IMG/VR virus record: IMGVR_UViG_2563366846_000004
DNA length: 36,941 nt
Direction: 5' to 3' (one strand)
Origin: a virus
Taxonomy: Duplodnaviria; Heunggongvirae; Uroviricota; Caudoviricetes
Shown: in pieces, positions 1 through 11,941 of the stretch
Layout of the letters: each line of letters begins with the position of its first letter
Numbering within the stretch: position 1 is the first letter of the stretch
Program-made: the position numbers and the translations under genes
The notes under the pieces: generated by a model
What the model was told of the DNA's origin: nothing
Databases searched by the model: none
What the model saw: the letters and a program-made list of their open reading frames with translations, nothing else

Positions 1-1143
1 CTATGCTGTTTTGATATCTACGATAATCCAGTCTTTACCACGATCATCATTGTATCGGTCGGTCATTTTTCTGGATTTATGACCTAACAACTTTTGCGTA
101 TCCAGACCCTGTTCCCGATATAACCGTTCTGACAGAGATCGCTGCTCATGAAATGTGGGCGCAGTTCCTGGCTCCCATTTTATGCCACATTTTTCCCTGG
201 CCTTTTTAAAAGCCGTTGTAAGAGTATTTGCAGACACCTGGTCTCCTCTGTTTGCTTGAGAGGTAGTGTGACGGTAATGGACCAGATATTTACTAACAAC
301 AGCATCCCTGCACTGAGATATAACTTCACGAAGGGTAATATTCAGAGCATCGCATTTCAGGTTAAGCGGAATAGCAAGTTTTGAACCGGTTTTTTCCTGA
401 GTAATGTGCAACATGTCGTCCCAGATATCAGAGAATTTCAAATTGCAGATATCGCCTAAACGTTGTCCAGTGACAAGAGCAAGTAGCATCCCGCATTTTA
501 AATAGGGCTGCCGTCTGCTTACGCTGTCAAATATTGCCTGCCATTCGGGCAGTGATAATCTTTGGCGGTTTACTCGATTTCGCGGTTGTTTTGTTGCCTG
601 CGCTGGGTTAAATCCTGGCGGAACATGTCCTGCGTGTTGTGCTTCTTTGAAGACGTCGATCAACACCATTCTCACGACTTGCGCCATCCTGTTATGACCT
701 TCAGCCTTTACAGCATCAATTATTTCGGCAATATCAAGTGCGGTAATATCCTTGAGGTGTTGCATTCCACAATGCTCACGGAAAAGACGAATGGGTTTGC
801 CTTTTTGCCGATAGGAGTTGGGTCTTAGTTCATTATGTTGCAGCCTGTCCTCCTGGATAGAAATATATTTATCAAGCCATTCTGTCACCGTAATGTCTGA
901 GCGCCTGCCTTTCATTCTTTCTAGACGCTCATTGACGCTTAATATTTGTCGGGTACGTTGTTCAGCAATAATGGTATTTGCTTCAGTAGCAACTTGTTTT
1001 GCTTCATTCTCATCAGTTCCTAAGCTATGAAAACGACCGGATAGTGGATGTTTGTATTGCCAATATACCTTTCCGGTTCGCTTATCTAATTTGCAATATA
1101 AATTGGGTATAGAGATTTTGTGAGATCGGGGTCTAGCAGCCAT
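1..1143 (-). CDS. int: Phage integrase, tyrosine recombinase (lambda Int family), 380 aa; stop codon is at window positions 1-3
   Basis: Full-length ORF at prophage left end, followed by xis overlapping its start; C-terminal catalytic region typical of lambda-type integrases; position in canonical lambdoid order. Confidence 0.85.
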   Translation of the reverse strand: MAARPRSHKISIPNLYCKLDKRTGKVYWQYKHPLSGRFHSLGTDENEAKQVATEANTIIAEQRTRQILSVNERLERMKGRRSDITVTEWLDKYISIQEDRLQHNELRPNSYRQKGKPIRLFREHCGMQHLKDITALDIAEIIDAVKAEGHNRMAQVVRMVLIDVFKEAQHAGHVPPGFNPAQATKQPRNRVNRQRLSLPEWQAIFDSVSRRQPYLKCGMLLALVTGQRLGDICNLKFSDIWDDMLHITQEKTGSKLAIPLNLKCDALNITLREVISQCRDAVVSKYLVHYRHTTSQANRGDQVSANTLTTAFKKAREKCGIKWEPGTAPTFHEQRSLSERLYREQGLDTQKLLGHKSRKMTDRYNDDRGKDWIIVDIKTA

Positions 1144-1369
1144 CAGCGATTATCCGTTGGAGTTTTGGGTTTGCGTTTATTGGGAGTTGCGGTTCTGCAA
1201 GCGTTCCTACAAAACGGGAATTTCGGTCAATCATCCAGTAGCGACCAACTTTTATAGCGGGTGGGGCCATCATTTTCCCTTGCGCGTATTTTTTCAGAAC
1301 TCGCTCACTTGGTGCTAAGTCCCCAAATTCTTCTTTAGCCCAGTCCTGTAAAGTGATTAGTCGAGACAT
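1133..1369 (-). CDS. xis: Excisionase-like small protein, 78 aa
   Basis: Small basic ORF immediately upstream of int and overlapping its start by 11 nt, as for lambdoid xis; call by position and size, not by recognised sequence. Confidence 0.55.
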   Translation of the reverse strand: MSRLITLQDWAKEEFGDLAPSERVLKKYAQGKMMAPPAIKVGRYWMIDRNSRFVGTLAEPQLPINANPKLQRIIADGC

Positions 1370-1508
1370 TTGTCCTCCTCTTAGCTGCTGAGGGAGTTTG
1401 TGACCGATATATCTGACATGATATTAAGCTCATGGCAGGTACATCTCTTGACTGGTCATAGAGATAAATTTAATGCTGAGAAATGCAGTATTGAATTTAT
1501 CAATTTTT

Positions 1509-1748
1509 CTATTTCCTGCGTATGGCACGTAACTTCTTAATGTGTTCTGCTGTTTCGATCTCTTCAGCTATCCGATCTGCGTCAGCTTTATTCACAGGTT
1601 CAAAGTCATGATTAAAGCGGAACATGCTGGCGATACATGTTCTGCCTTTTCGGATGTAGTGAACTTTGTTGTGAGTGGAACGCAGGATTTTGCAGGGAGT
1701 GCCGTGGTGGTCGACGTACCAGGTGTTAGGGTAAATCACTCTGAACAT
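1509..1748 (-). CDS. Hypothetical small phage protein, 79 aa
   Basis: ORF in the leftward early operon between xis and ea-like genes; no recognisable motif. Confidence 0.4.
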   Translation of the reverse strand: MFRVIYPNTWYVDHHGTPCKILRSTHNKVHYIRKGRTCIASMFRFNHDFEPVNKADADRIAEEIETAEHIKKLRAIRRK

Positions 1749-1773
1749 TCTTGACCTTGTGTTGTGCGGATTG

Positions 1774-2050
1774 TTATTCAGTGCCGATATTTACCTTTAT
1801 CGCGTATACCTTTACCGGTTTATCACCGAAGTGCGGATGTGTGATTGTCTTCACTTCATATCCGTCATACGGAACATCAACTCTGCGGCTGGAATCGTCG
1901 CGCTTCGGATATCCCTTTGTGATAATCAGGCGGTCATGCTTACGGTTAACGAGGCGCTTTTTCCAGTAGTCATTACACAGGCGATACTCTTCCGTTTTCT
2001 CTCCGCGAATCATGGCATCGAAGTATTCACCTTTAACGGCAAGTTGCAGG

Positions 2051-2058
<8 letters not shown>
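1774..2058 (-). CDS. Hypothetical phage protein, about 94 aa, probable GTG start
   Basis: ORF track gives 1774..2142; a GTG at 2058 is preceded by AGGAG (complement of 2065-2069) and overlaps the stop of the upstream gene, so the shorter form is preferred. Confidence 0.4.
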
Positions 2059-4576
<2,518 letters not shown>

Positions 4577-4581
4577 GCCAA
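4577..4581. repeat. Target-site duplication GCCAA, right copy
   Basis: Identical to 2618-2622. Confidence 0.7.
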
Positions 4582-4750
4582 CGCAGCCAAATGTGGAGTC
4601 AGACCATTTGGCATGCTCGTGGCGAATCTGTTCGCGTTCCAGTGATGCCAGTGCAATTCGTGCTAGTTCCATTTGTTCGCCACGAGTAAGCCCGTTTTCA
4701 AGCGGATTTTTAATGAACAATTCAATACGTTCTTTGGTAATAGTGGTCAT
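4582..4750 (-). pseudogene. N-terminal fragment of the ea-like gene split by the IS100-like insertion
   Basis: The ORF-track protein 4517..4750 reads into IS sequence after residue 57; its N-terminus (ARIALASLERE) resembles the N-terminus of ORF 5509..5784 (YEIALASLEEN), indicating a paralogous family. Confidence 0.6.
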
Positions 4751-4956
4751 GTGTTAATCCTCAAAACTTTATGCCCGGGCGCAAAAGTACGTGTTTTGTC
4801 TTTGCTTATTCGCCACCCGTCTTTACGGGCCTCTTTTGCACAACCAGACCATGACGTACCGATATACTCACCGAAGTCTGGCACTGGATATACACCTTCC
4901 GTACACTGGCGACAATCACAATAGAGATGCATGGTGTAACTTGCGGCAATAGCCAT
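4747..4956 (-). CDS. Hypothetical small Cys-rich phage protein, about 69 aa
   Basis: ORF with stop overlapping the start of the downstream gene; start chosen at internal Met (MAIAASY), the longer form begins at 4998. Confidence 0.35.
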   Translation of the reverse strand: MAIAASYTMHLYCDCRQCTEGVYPVPDFGEYIGTSWSGCAKEARKDGWRISKDKTRTFAPGHKVLRINT

Positions 4957-4957
4957 A

Positions 4958-5566
4958 TCACTCTCTTTTTCCCTGAAGCATGGCAGCGTGGCAGGCATCC
5001 TCTACGCCCTTAACTGCATCTGCGCAGTAGTTATAGCGATTGCATTCCACTAACTTCTGCCTGAGATTTTCAATTGCTTGCGCGACATCAGCCTGTATTA
5101 CAGGAACTGGCGGAACGGCTGTCTGCTGCTCTCGAACGTCATTAGTCGCTATCGGTTCTGCTGCCAACTGACTGGCATATTTGTTAATGGTAACGATAAG
5201 CTCTTGCTCAGCCTCATCCAGACAATCACCGATACCTCGCCTGTCGCCGTCAAAATCATCGAAATCAGCACGAACTCTGGCAAATTTCAGGATTGCGGAC
5301 AACACCTCACCAGGAATTACCGGAGAGTTGGTTGACGTTTCCGAAATTTCCCGAAAATTATTGGTTGACGAATTCGCGTTTTCCCGAAAGTTTCCGGCAT
5401 GAAGCATAGCCGCGCGGCAGGCGTTCCAGCCTCTCACCTCTGCAATAGCGGCAACAGCATCGACCGCGTACATGCTAAGAGGGTTAGGCATTGGTTTTTC
5501 TTCAGGTACTACTGGCACTGGCTTGGCATATATAGCGGCTGAACATACCAACCCTTTGATAACCAA
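4958..5566 (-). CDS. Ea-like early-left protein, 202 aa; possibly the C-terminal part of a frameshifted gene with 5509..5784
   Basis: Contains NSPVIPGE motif encoded by an 18-bp stretch identical to one in 2051..2622; overlaps 5509..5784 by 58 nt in another frame. Confidence 0.4.
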   Translation of the reverse strand: MVIKGLVCSAAIYAKPVPVVPEEKPMPNPLSMYAVDAVAAIAEVRGWNACRAAMLHAGNFRENANSSTNNFREISETSTNSPVIPGEVLSAILKFARVRADFDDFDGDRRGIGDCLDEAEQELIVTINKYASQLAAEPIATNDVREQQTAVPPVPVIQADVAQAIENLRQKLVECNRYNYCADAVKGVEDACHAAMLQGKRE

Positions 5567-5784
5567 CTGTCAGCAATGTTTTTACTCCTCGTTATTGCCG
5601 GAATACCTAAGCCATTGTCTGAATGCAGCCATGCCACCGGATTCTCTTCCAGCGATGCCAGAGCAATTTCATAAGCCCGGCGCTCAACATTGTCTCGCAC
5701 ATCCAAACTGCTGATACGCTCTTTGATTTCTTTAATCAGTTCTTTGTCGGTAAAAGTGCTCATATCAATCTCCATTGGTATCAA
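5509..5784 (-). CDS. Ea-like N-terminal module, 91 aa
   Basis: N-terminus paralogous to the IS-disrupted gene. Confidence 0.35.
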   Translation of the reverse strand: MIPMEIDMSTFTDKELIKEIKERISSLDVRDNVERRAYEIALASLEENPVAWLHSDNGLGIPAITRSKNIADSWLSKGWYVQPLYMPSQCQ

Positions 5785-6529
5785 TGTTTACAGCCTGACA
5801 AGACTCTTTGAGCACCCAGTCAATAGCGTCTTTCCATGCCTCTGTTTCGACTGGTGGATTTTCACGCTTAACCTGTTCATAGAAGCGCACTGCTTTAACC
5901 AGTCCTTCCGGTACTACTGGTGATGGCTGTTTAGCTTCTAAATCAGCAATTCTGTCAACCACGGCATCGACAGCATCTGAAAAGCCGAACCAGTTGCTCC
6001 ACTCCGGCTCATCCCCGGTTGCTGCAAAGTACATATCTGCTAAAGCAGATTCAGCATGGTCACGCTCGTTAATGAGTTGCTCTTCGCTTTTCTCCAGTTC
6101 AGCAATACGCTTACCCCCATCCGAGATAACACCTTCGTAATACTCACGCTGCTCGTTGAGTTTTGATTTTGTCTCCTCAAGCTCAACTCTCAGCTTCCCA
6201 ACAGTAAGAGCAATATCCTCGTTCTCCTGGTCGCGGCGTTTTATGTATTGCTGGTTTCTTTCCCGTTCATCCAGCAGTGCCAGCACAGTAGCCGGATTGG
6301 CTGCGGCGATGAATTCAGCATTGGCCTGCTGTTCCATTTGGAAATCTTCATCGAAACCGCTTTCTGGATGCGCTCCTTCAATTCTGCAAATGGGAATATA
6401 TCCAGCAACTTCACGATGAATTAGCGCATAATCACCATCAAATCGGCTCTCTCCATATTCGAGCGACCACTCACCACACGTTGCTTTTTCTGCCGCTTCA
6501 CGCAGTGCCTGATAGTTAATTTCGCTCAC
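5765..6529 (-). CDS. Ea22-like coiled-coil protein, 254 aa
   Basis: Acidic coiled-coil rich sequence (ELEETKSKLNEQ, IAELEKSEEQL) and a PSPVVPEG motif; sits where lambda has ea22; family assignment is by resemblance only. Confidence 0.5.
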   Translation of the reverse strand: MSEINYQALREAAEKATCGEWSLEYGESRFDGDYALIHREVAGYIPICRIEGAHPESGFDEDFQMEQQANAEFIAAANPATVLALLDERERNQQYIKRRDQENEDIALTVGKLRVELEETKSKLNEQREYYEGVISDGGKRIAELEKSEEQLINERDHAESALADMYFAATGDEPEWSNWFGFSDAVDAVVDRIADLEAKQPSPVVPEGLVKAVRFYEQVKRENPPVETEAWKDAIDWVLKESCQAVNIDTNGD

Positions 6530-6747
6530 TTCGAACCTCTCTGTTTACTGATAAGCTCCAGATCCTCCTGGCAACTTGCACAAGTCCGACAACCCTGAAC
6601 GACCAGGCGTCTTCGTTCATCTATGGGATCGCCACACTCACAACAATGAGTGGCGGATATAGTCTGGTAGTTCAGACGACGCATTTTTATTGCTGTATTG
6701 CGCTGTAATTCTTCAATTTCTGATGCTGAATCAATGATGTCCGCCAT
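6526..6747 (-). CDS. TraR/DksA-family C4 zinc-finger protein, 73 aa (lambda Orf73-like)
   Basis: Four-cysteine motif CCECGDPI...CRTCASC; size and position match lambda Orf73. Confidence 0.7.
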   Translation of the reverse strand: MADIIDSASEIEELQRNTAIKMRRLNYQTISATHCCECGDPIDERRRLVVQGCRTCASCQEDLELISKQRGSK

Positions 6748-6845
6748 CTTTCATTAATCCCTGAATTGTTGGTTAATACGCTTGAGGGTGAATGCGAATA
6801 ATAAAAAAGGAGCCTGTAGCTCCCTGATGATTTTGCTTTTCATGT

Positions 6846-7061
6846 TCACCGTTCCTTAAAGACGCCGTTTAACATGCCGATCGCCAGGCTTAAATGAGTC
6901 GGTGTGAATCCCATCAGCGTTACCGTTTCGCGGTGCTTCTTTAGTACGCTACGGCAAATGTCATCGACGTTTTTATCCGGAAACTGCTGTCTGGCTTTTT
7001 TGATTTCAGAATTAGCCTGACGGGCAATGCTGCGAAGGGCGTTTTCTTGCTGAGGTGTCAT
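6846..7061 (-). CDS. Hypothetical small early-left protein, about 71 aa
   Basis: ORF between the orf73-like and orf63-like genes; start chosen at MTPQQEN, the track form extends to 7127. Confidence 0.4.
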   Translation of the reverse strand: MTPQQENALRSIARQANSEIKKARQQFPDKNVDDICRSVLKKHRETVTLMGFTPTHLSLAIGMLNGVFKER

Positions 7062-7137
7062 TGAACAAGCCCCATGTCGGCAAGCATAAGCACACAGAAT
7101 ATGAAGCCCGCTGCCAGAAAAATGCATTCAGTGGTTG

Positions 7138-7329
7138 TCATACCTGGTCTCTCTCATCTGCTTCTGCTTTCGCCACCATCATTTCCAGCTTTTGTGAAAG
7201 GGATGTGGCTAACGTATGAAATTCTTCGTCTGTTTCTACTGGTATTGGCACAAACCTGACTCCAATTTGAGCAAGGCTATGTGCCATCTCAATACTCGTT
7301 CTTAACTCAACAGGAGATGCTTTGTGCAT
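7138..7329 (-). CDS. Lambda Orf63-like protein, 63 aa
   Basis: Size, position upstream of orf60a/exo and a 28-nt overlap with the next gene match the lambda orf63/orf60a arrangement as I recall it. Confidence 0.5.
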   Translation of the reverse strand: MHKASPVELRTSIEMAHSLAQIGVRFVPIPVETDEEFHTLATSLSQKLEMMVAKAEADERDQV

Positions 7330-7490
7330 ACCGCCTCCCGTTTATTATTTATCTTCTCAGCCAGCCGCTGTGCTTTCAGTGGATTTCTGATAACAGAAAG
7401 GCCGGGAAATACCCAGCCTCGCTTTGTAACGGAGTAGACGAAAGTGATCGCGCCTACCCGGATATTATCGTGAGGATGCGTCATCGCCAT
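7302..7490 (-). CDS. Lambda Orf60a-like protein, 62 aa
   Basis: Position immediately downstream of exo with a 10-nt overlap. Confidence 0.45.
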   Translation of the reverse strand: MAMTHPHDNIRVGAITFVYSVTKRGWVFPGLSVIRNPLKAQRLAEKINNKREAVCTKHLLLS

Positions 7491-8161
7491 TGCTCCCCAA
7501 ATACAAAACTAATTTCAGCCAGTGCCTCGTCCATTTTTTCGATGAACTCCGGCACCATCTCGTCAAAACTCGCCATGTACTTTTCATCCCGCTCAACCAC
7601 GACATAATGCAGTCCTTCACGCTTCATACGCGGGTCATAGTTGGCAAAGTACCAGGCATCTTTTCGCGTCACCCACATGCTGTACTGCACCTGGGCCATG
7701 TAAGCCGATTTTATGGCCTCGAAACCACCGAGCCGGAACTTCATGAAATCCCGGGAGGTAAACGGGCATTTCAGCTCAAGGCCGTTGCCGTCACTGCATA
7801 AACCATCGGGAGAGCAGGCGGTGCGCATACTTTCGTCGCGATAGATGATCGGGGATTCAGTAACATTCACGCCGGAAGTAAACTCAAACAGGGCTCTGGC
7901 GTCGTTCTCGTACTGTTTTCCCCAAGCCAGCGCCTTAGCGTTAACTTCCGGAGCCACACCGGTGCAAACCTCAGCCAGCAGGGTGTGGAAGTAGGACATT
8001 TTCATGTCAGGCCATTTCTTTCCGGAGCGGGGTTTTGCTATCACGTTGTGAACTTCTGAAGCGGTGATGACGCCGAGCCGTAATTTGTGCCATGCATCAT
8101 CCCCCTGTTCGACAGCTCTCACGTCGATCCCGGTACGCTGCAGGATAATGTCCGGTATCAT
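7481..8161 (-). CDS. exo: Lambda exonuclease (Red alpha), 226 aa
   Basis: 226 aa; sequence matches lambda Exo as I recall it almost residue for residue; followed 5' by bet with a 4-nt overlap. Confidence 0.9.
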   Translation of the reverse strand: MIPDIILQRTGIDVRAVEQGDDAWHKLRLGVITASEVHNVIAKPRSGKKWPDMKMSYFHTLLAEVCTGVAPEVNAKALAWGKQYENDARALFEFTSGVNVTESPIIYRDESMRTACSPDGLCSDGNGLELKCPFTSRDFMKFRLGGFEAIKSAYMAQVQYSMWVTRKDAWYFANYDPRMKREGLHYVVVERDEKYMASFDEMVPEFIEKMDEALAEISFVFGEQWR

Positions 8162-8943
8162 GCTGCCACCTTCTGCTCAGTGGCTTTCTGTTTCAGGAAT
8201 CCAAGAGCTTTCACTGCTTCGGCCTGTGTCAGTTCTGACGAGGCGCGAATGTCGCGGCGAAATATCTGGGAACAGAGCGGCAATAAGTCGTCATCCCATG
8301 TTTTATCCAGGGCGATCAGCAGAGTGTTAATCTCCTGCATGGTTTCATCGTTAACCGGAGTGATGTCGCGTTCCGGCTGACGTTCTGCAGTGTATGCAGT
8401 ATTTTCGACAATGCGCTCGGCTTCATCCTTGTCATAGATACCAGCAAATCCGAAGGCCAGACGGGCACACTGAATCATGGCTTTATGCCGTAACATCCGT
8501 TTGGGATGCGACTGCCACGGCCCCGTGATTTCTCTGCCTTCGCGGGTTTTGAATGGTTCGCGGCGGCATTCATCCATCCACTCGGTAACGCAGATCGGAT
8601 GATTGCGGTCTTTGCGGTAAATCCGGCATGTACATGATTCATTGTCCTGCTCAAAGTCCATGCCATCAAACTGCTGGTTTTCATTGATGATGCGGGACCA
8701 GCCATCAACGCCCACCACCGGAACGATGCCGTTCTGCTTATCAGGGAAGGCGTAAATTTCTTTCGTCCACGGATTAAGGCCGTACTGGTTGGCGACGATC
8801 AACAATGCGATGAACTGCGCATCGCTGGCATCACCTTTAAATGCCGTCTGGCGAAGAGTGGTGATCAGTTCCTGTGGGTCGACAGAATCCATGCCGACAC
8901 GTTCAGCCAGCTTCCCAGCCAGCGTTGCGAGTGCTGTACTCAT
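8158..8943 (-). CDS. bet: Recombination protein Bet (Red beta), 261 aa
   Basis: 261 aa, near-identical to lambda Beta by recollection; canonical exo-bet-gam order. Confidence 0.9.
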   Translation of the reverse strand: MSTALATLAGKLAERVGMDSVDPQELITTLRQTAFKGDASDAQFIALLIVANQYGLNPWTKEIYAFPDKQNGIVPVVGVDGWSRIINENQQFDGMDFEQDNESCTCRIYRKDRNHPICVTEWMDECRREPFKTREGREITGPWQSHPKRMLRHKAMIQCARLAFGFAGIYDKDEAERIVENTAYTAERQPERDITPVNDETMQEINTLLIALDKTWDDDLLPLCSQIFRRDIRASSELTQAEAVKALGFLKQKATEQKVAA

Positions 8944-8948
8944 CCGTT

Positions 8949-9245
8949 TTATACCTCTGAATCAATATCAGCCTGATGGTGAGCAATGGTTTCAACCATG
9001 TACCGGATGTGTTCTGCCATGCGCTCCTGAAACTCAACATCGTCATCAAACGCACGGGTAATGGCTTTTTTGCTGGCCCCGTGGCGTTGCAAATGATCGA
9101 TGCATAGCGATTCAAACAGGTGCTGGGGCAGGCCTTTTTCCATGTCGTCTGCCAGTTCTGCCTCTTTCTCTTCACGGGCGATCTGCTGGTAGTGACGCGC
9201 CCAGCTCTGAGCCTCAAGACGATCCTGAATGTAATAAGCGTTCAT
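8949..9245 (-). CDS. gam: Host nuclease inhibitor Gam, short form, 98 aa
   Basis: Sequence matches lambda GamS by recollection; the upstream extension that makes the 138-aa form in lambda is in a different frame here. Confidence 0.85.
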   Translation of the reverse strand: MNAYYIQDRLEAQSWARHYQQIAREEKEAELADDMEKGLPQHLFESLCIDHLQRHGASKKAITRAFDDDVEFQERMAEHIRYMVETIAHHQADIDSEV

Positions 9246-9320
9246 GGCTGAACTCCTGAAAATGGCTGTGAAAATATCGCCCGCGAAATGCCAGGCTGAT
9301 TAGGAAAACAGGAAAGGGGG

Positions 9321-9464
9321 TTAGTGAATGCTTTTGCTTGATCTCAGTTTCAGTATTAATATCCATTTTTTATAAGCGTCGACGGCCTCACGAAACATCT
9401 TTTCATCGCCAATAAAAGTGGCGATAGTGAATTTAGTCTGGATAGCCATAATTGTTTGATCCAT
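9321..9464 (-). CDS. kil: Kil host-killing protein, 47 aa
   Basis: Internal Met of ORF 9321..9590 preceded by AGGAG; 47 aa matching lambda Kil by recollection; overlaps cIII by 32 nt as in lambda. Confidence 0.7.
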   Translation of the reverse strand: MDQTIMAIQTKFTIATFIGDEKMFREAVDAYKKWILILKLRSSKSIH

Positions 9465-9597
9465 TTTTTGGGACTCCTGGCTGATTAAGTATGTCGATAA
9501 GGCGTTTCCATCCGTCACGTAATTTACGGGTGATTCGTTCAAGTAAAGATTCGGAAGGGCAGCCAGCAACAGGCCACCCTGCAATGGCATATTGCAT
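9433..9597 (-). CDS. cIII: Regulatory protein cIII, 54 aa
   Basis: Hand translation of the minus strand gives [54 protein letters not shown], essentially lambda cIII; below the 60-aa cutoff of the ORF track. Confidence 0.8.
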   Translation of the reverse strand: MQYAIAGWPVAGCPSESLLERITRKLRDGWKRLIDILNQPGVPKNGSNNYGYPD

Positions 9598-9669
9598 GGT
9601 GTGCTCCTTATTTATACATAACGAAAAACGCCTCGAGTGAAGCGTAATTGGTATGCGGTAACGCCGCGC

Positions 9670-10038
9670 TCAGGCGGCCTTGATAGTCATATCATCTGAA
9701 TCAAATATTCCTGATGTATCGATATCGGTAATTCTTATTCCTTCACTACCATCCATTGGAGGCCATCCTTCCTGACCATTTCCATCATTCCAGTCGAACT
9801 CACACACAACACCATATGCATTTAAGTCGCTTGAAATTGCTATAAGCAGAGCATGTTGCGCCAGCATGATTAATACAGCATTTAATACAGAGCCGTGTTT
9901 ATTGAGTCGGTATTCAGAGTCTGACCAGAAATTATTAATCTGGTGAAGTTTTTCCTCTGTCATTACGTCATGGTCAATTTCAATTTCTATTGATGCTTTC
10001 CAGTCGTAATCAATGATGTATTTTTTGATGTTTGACAT
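9670..10038 (-). CDS. ea10: Ea10-like early protein, 122 aa
   Basis: 122 aa, between cIII and ral as lambda ea10. Confidence 0.6.
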   Translation of the reverse strand: MSNIKKYIIDYDWKASIEIEIDHDVMTEEKLHQINNFWSDSEYRLNKHGSVLNAVLIMLAQHALLIAISSDLNAYGVVCEFDWNDGNGQEGWPPMDGSEGIRITDIDTSGIFDSDDMTIKAA

Positions 10039-10220
10039 CTATTCATATCCTCATAGATAAAAAATCGCCCTCACACTGGAGGGCAAAGAAGATTTCCAAT
10101 AATCAGAACAAGTCGGCTCCTGTTTAGTTACGAGCGACATTGCTCCGTGTATTCACTCGTTGGAATGAATACACAGTGCAGTGTTTATTCTGTTATTTAT
10201 GCCAAAAATAAAGGCCACTA

Positions 10221-10421
10221 TCAGGCAGCTTTGTTGTTCTGTTTACCAAGTTCTCTGGCAATCATTGCCGTCGTTCGTATTGCCCATTTATCGACATATT
10301 TCCCATCTTCCATTACAGGAAACATTTCTTCAGGCTTAACCATGCATTCCGATTGCAGCTTGCATCCATTGCATCGTTTGAATTGTCCACACCATTGATT
10401 TGTATCAATAGTCGTAGTCAT
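10221..10421 (-). CDS. ral: Restriction alleviation protein Ral, 66 aa
   Basis: 66 aa, Cys-containing; matches lambda Ral by recollection and position. Confidence 0.75.
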   Translation of the reverse strand: MTTTIDTNQWCGQFKRCNGCKLQSECMVKPEEMFPVMEDGKYVDKWAIRTTAMIARELGKQNNKAA

Positions 10422-10634
10422 ACGGATAGTCCTGGTATTGTTCCATCACATCTTGAGGATGCTCTTCGAACTCTTCAAATTCTTCTTCCATATATCACCT
10501 TAAATAGTGGATTGCGGTAGTAAAGATTGTGCCTGTCTTTTAACCACATCAGGCTCGGTGGTTCTCGTGTACCCCTACAACGAGAAATCGGATAAACTCT
10601 ATTCACCCCTACAGAGAGCAAAAGAGAAACGCCG

Positions 10635-11216
10635 ATGAACAACTCATGGTGGCAGGAACTAATGCATTTTTTCCTGCAAGGAATGACACTTAAACAGTTG
10701 ATTCATATGCTAATCATCCTGATCATATTGATTATTGTTATGCCGGTAAGCGTAAAAGAATGGATAAACCTGCATAATCCAGAAATCCTTCCTCATTACT
10801 GGATGTATTACATCCTGTTGTTTTGCGTTAGCTATGTGCTTAACGGCGTTGTTAATTCCGCTTATCACGCTGTGACTGAAAGAATTGAGGTATTCGCTGC
10901 TCAGAAGCGCAAATCTAAAGAAGAAAAATATGTGCAAGATTTGTTTGATTCGTTAACTCTTGGAGAAAGAGCGTATTTGGCATTCGCTGTAGCCGCTAAT
11001 AACCAGCTACAAACGGAAAAGGGCGCTCATGAATCAATTTCATTGCTCAAAAAAGGACTCCTCGTTCGAAGGCCTCCTGCTGTTGGATATCCTGATACCG
11101 ACCGTTTCGTTATCCCTGAAAGCTATAGACATGAGTGCTACATTAGGTTTGCCGGGAAGGCAGACAGCCTTATGGATGAACTTATCGCTCAGGATAAGCA
11201 TGGCAAAAACAAGTAA
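10635..11216 (+). CDS. sieB: Superinfection exclusion protein B, membrane protein, 193 aa
   Basis: Rightward gene embedded between ral and N as lambda sieB; hydrophobic N-terminal segments; AT-rich. Confidence 0.7.
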   Translation: MNNSWWQELMHFFLQGMTLKQLIHMLIILIILIIVMPVSVKEWINLHNPEILPHYWMYYILLFCVSYVLNGVVNSAYHAVTERIEVFAAQKRKSKEEKYVQDLFDSLTLGERAYLAFAVAANNQLQTEKGAHESISLLKKGLLVRRPPAVGYPDTDRFVIPESYRHECYIRFAGKADSLMDELIAQDKHGKNK

Positions 11217-11232
11217 TTAGCAAATGAATTTA

Positions 11233-11505
11233 TCATCTCGCCGTCAGTTGTTTTGATTTCCGGTAGCCTGCCGCGTAAAGAGCTACGTTCGGAAGACAAG
11301 TTGAACCTTCATATTTTCTGGTCAACGTTGTCAGAGTTATCACTTCTGCTCTCATTGCTGGTTTGAGCTTGCATTGCAAGACCACTCGTGAAGGGGTTGG
11401 CCTGTGTAGCTTGTCGGAGCTGATCGCCTCCTGACTTTGCAGATTTGCGCGACGAGCTCTACGGCGAGAAGCTGCGGTGCCTTTAAATTCTGTTTTTCTG
11501 GACAT
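11233..11505 (-). CDS. N: N-type transcription antitermination protein, about 90 aa
   Basis: Arginine-rich motif GTAASRRRARRANLQ near the N-terminus; start at internal Met preceded by GGGAGGA; sits between pL/nutL and sieB. Confidence 0.7.
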   Translation of the reverse strand: MSRKTEFKGTAASRRRARRANLQSQEAISSDKLHRPTPSRVVLQCKLKPAMRAEVITLTTLTRKYEGSTCLPNVALYAAGYRKSKQLTAR

Positions 11506-11604
11506 GGATTCCTCCCGAATAAACTTTGGCGATGCAATCTCGAAGCTCCTCCTGAGACGGTTGCTTCGGCATTGCATCCCACAGCTTATGTGGTTGGGTG
11601 ATCT

Positions 11605-11648
11605 GGCTTTTCAGCCACGTAGTCGAGAGTCGACGTTGTTTAAAGAGC
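11605..11648 (-). promoter_or_regulatory. nutL: Putative nutL: boxA-like GCTCTTTAA plus boxB-like hairpin GGCUGAAAAGCC on the leftward transcript
   Basis: On the minus strand, boxA-like at 11640-11648, a 23-nt spacer, then a stem-loop at 11605-11616; a parallel arrangement lies just after cro (nutR). Confidence 0.45.
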
Positions 11649-11907
11649 CTGCCAGTCTGTTCCATTTGGCTTCCAGCGTCCTGCTGACGGTTAAATAGTA
11701 CGATATGTACTTTACAAGATCAATACAATTTGTTGTAAGTTGGCGTGGTTTTTTATAACGCTTTGTATTTAATAGTGTTGTTTTTTAGCGTGGATGTATT
11801 GCCTCGGCGATGTAAGGAGAGATCAGAATTGCGTGGTTTAGTGGGTTGCATCTATTTATTTTTCAATAAATATAATTGGTTATGTGTTTTTAGGTGGGCG
11901 AACGTGA

Positions 11908-11936
11908 GGCAAAGAAAACCCGGCGCTGAGGCCGGG
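11908..11936 (-). terminator. Rho-independent terminator ending the cI-proximal operon (analogous to lambda tImm)
   Basis: Perfect stem CCCGGC/GCCGGG (11919-11924 and 11931-11936), 6-nt loop, followed on the minus strand by GTTTTCTTT. Confidence 0.55.
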
Positions 11937-11941
11937 TTGTA

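Noticed and set aside
1-60. Prophage attachment site at the window start
   Set aside because: The window begins exactly at the int stop codon, so any att core and host flank lie outside it and the integration site cannot be determined.
148-1030. Plus-strand ORFs 148..384, 562..828 and 818..1030 inside the integrase gene
   Set aside because: They lie entirely within the well-supported minus-strand int gene, are low-complexity and have no ribosome-binding sites; treated as antisense artefacts.
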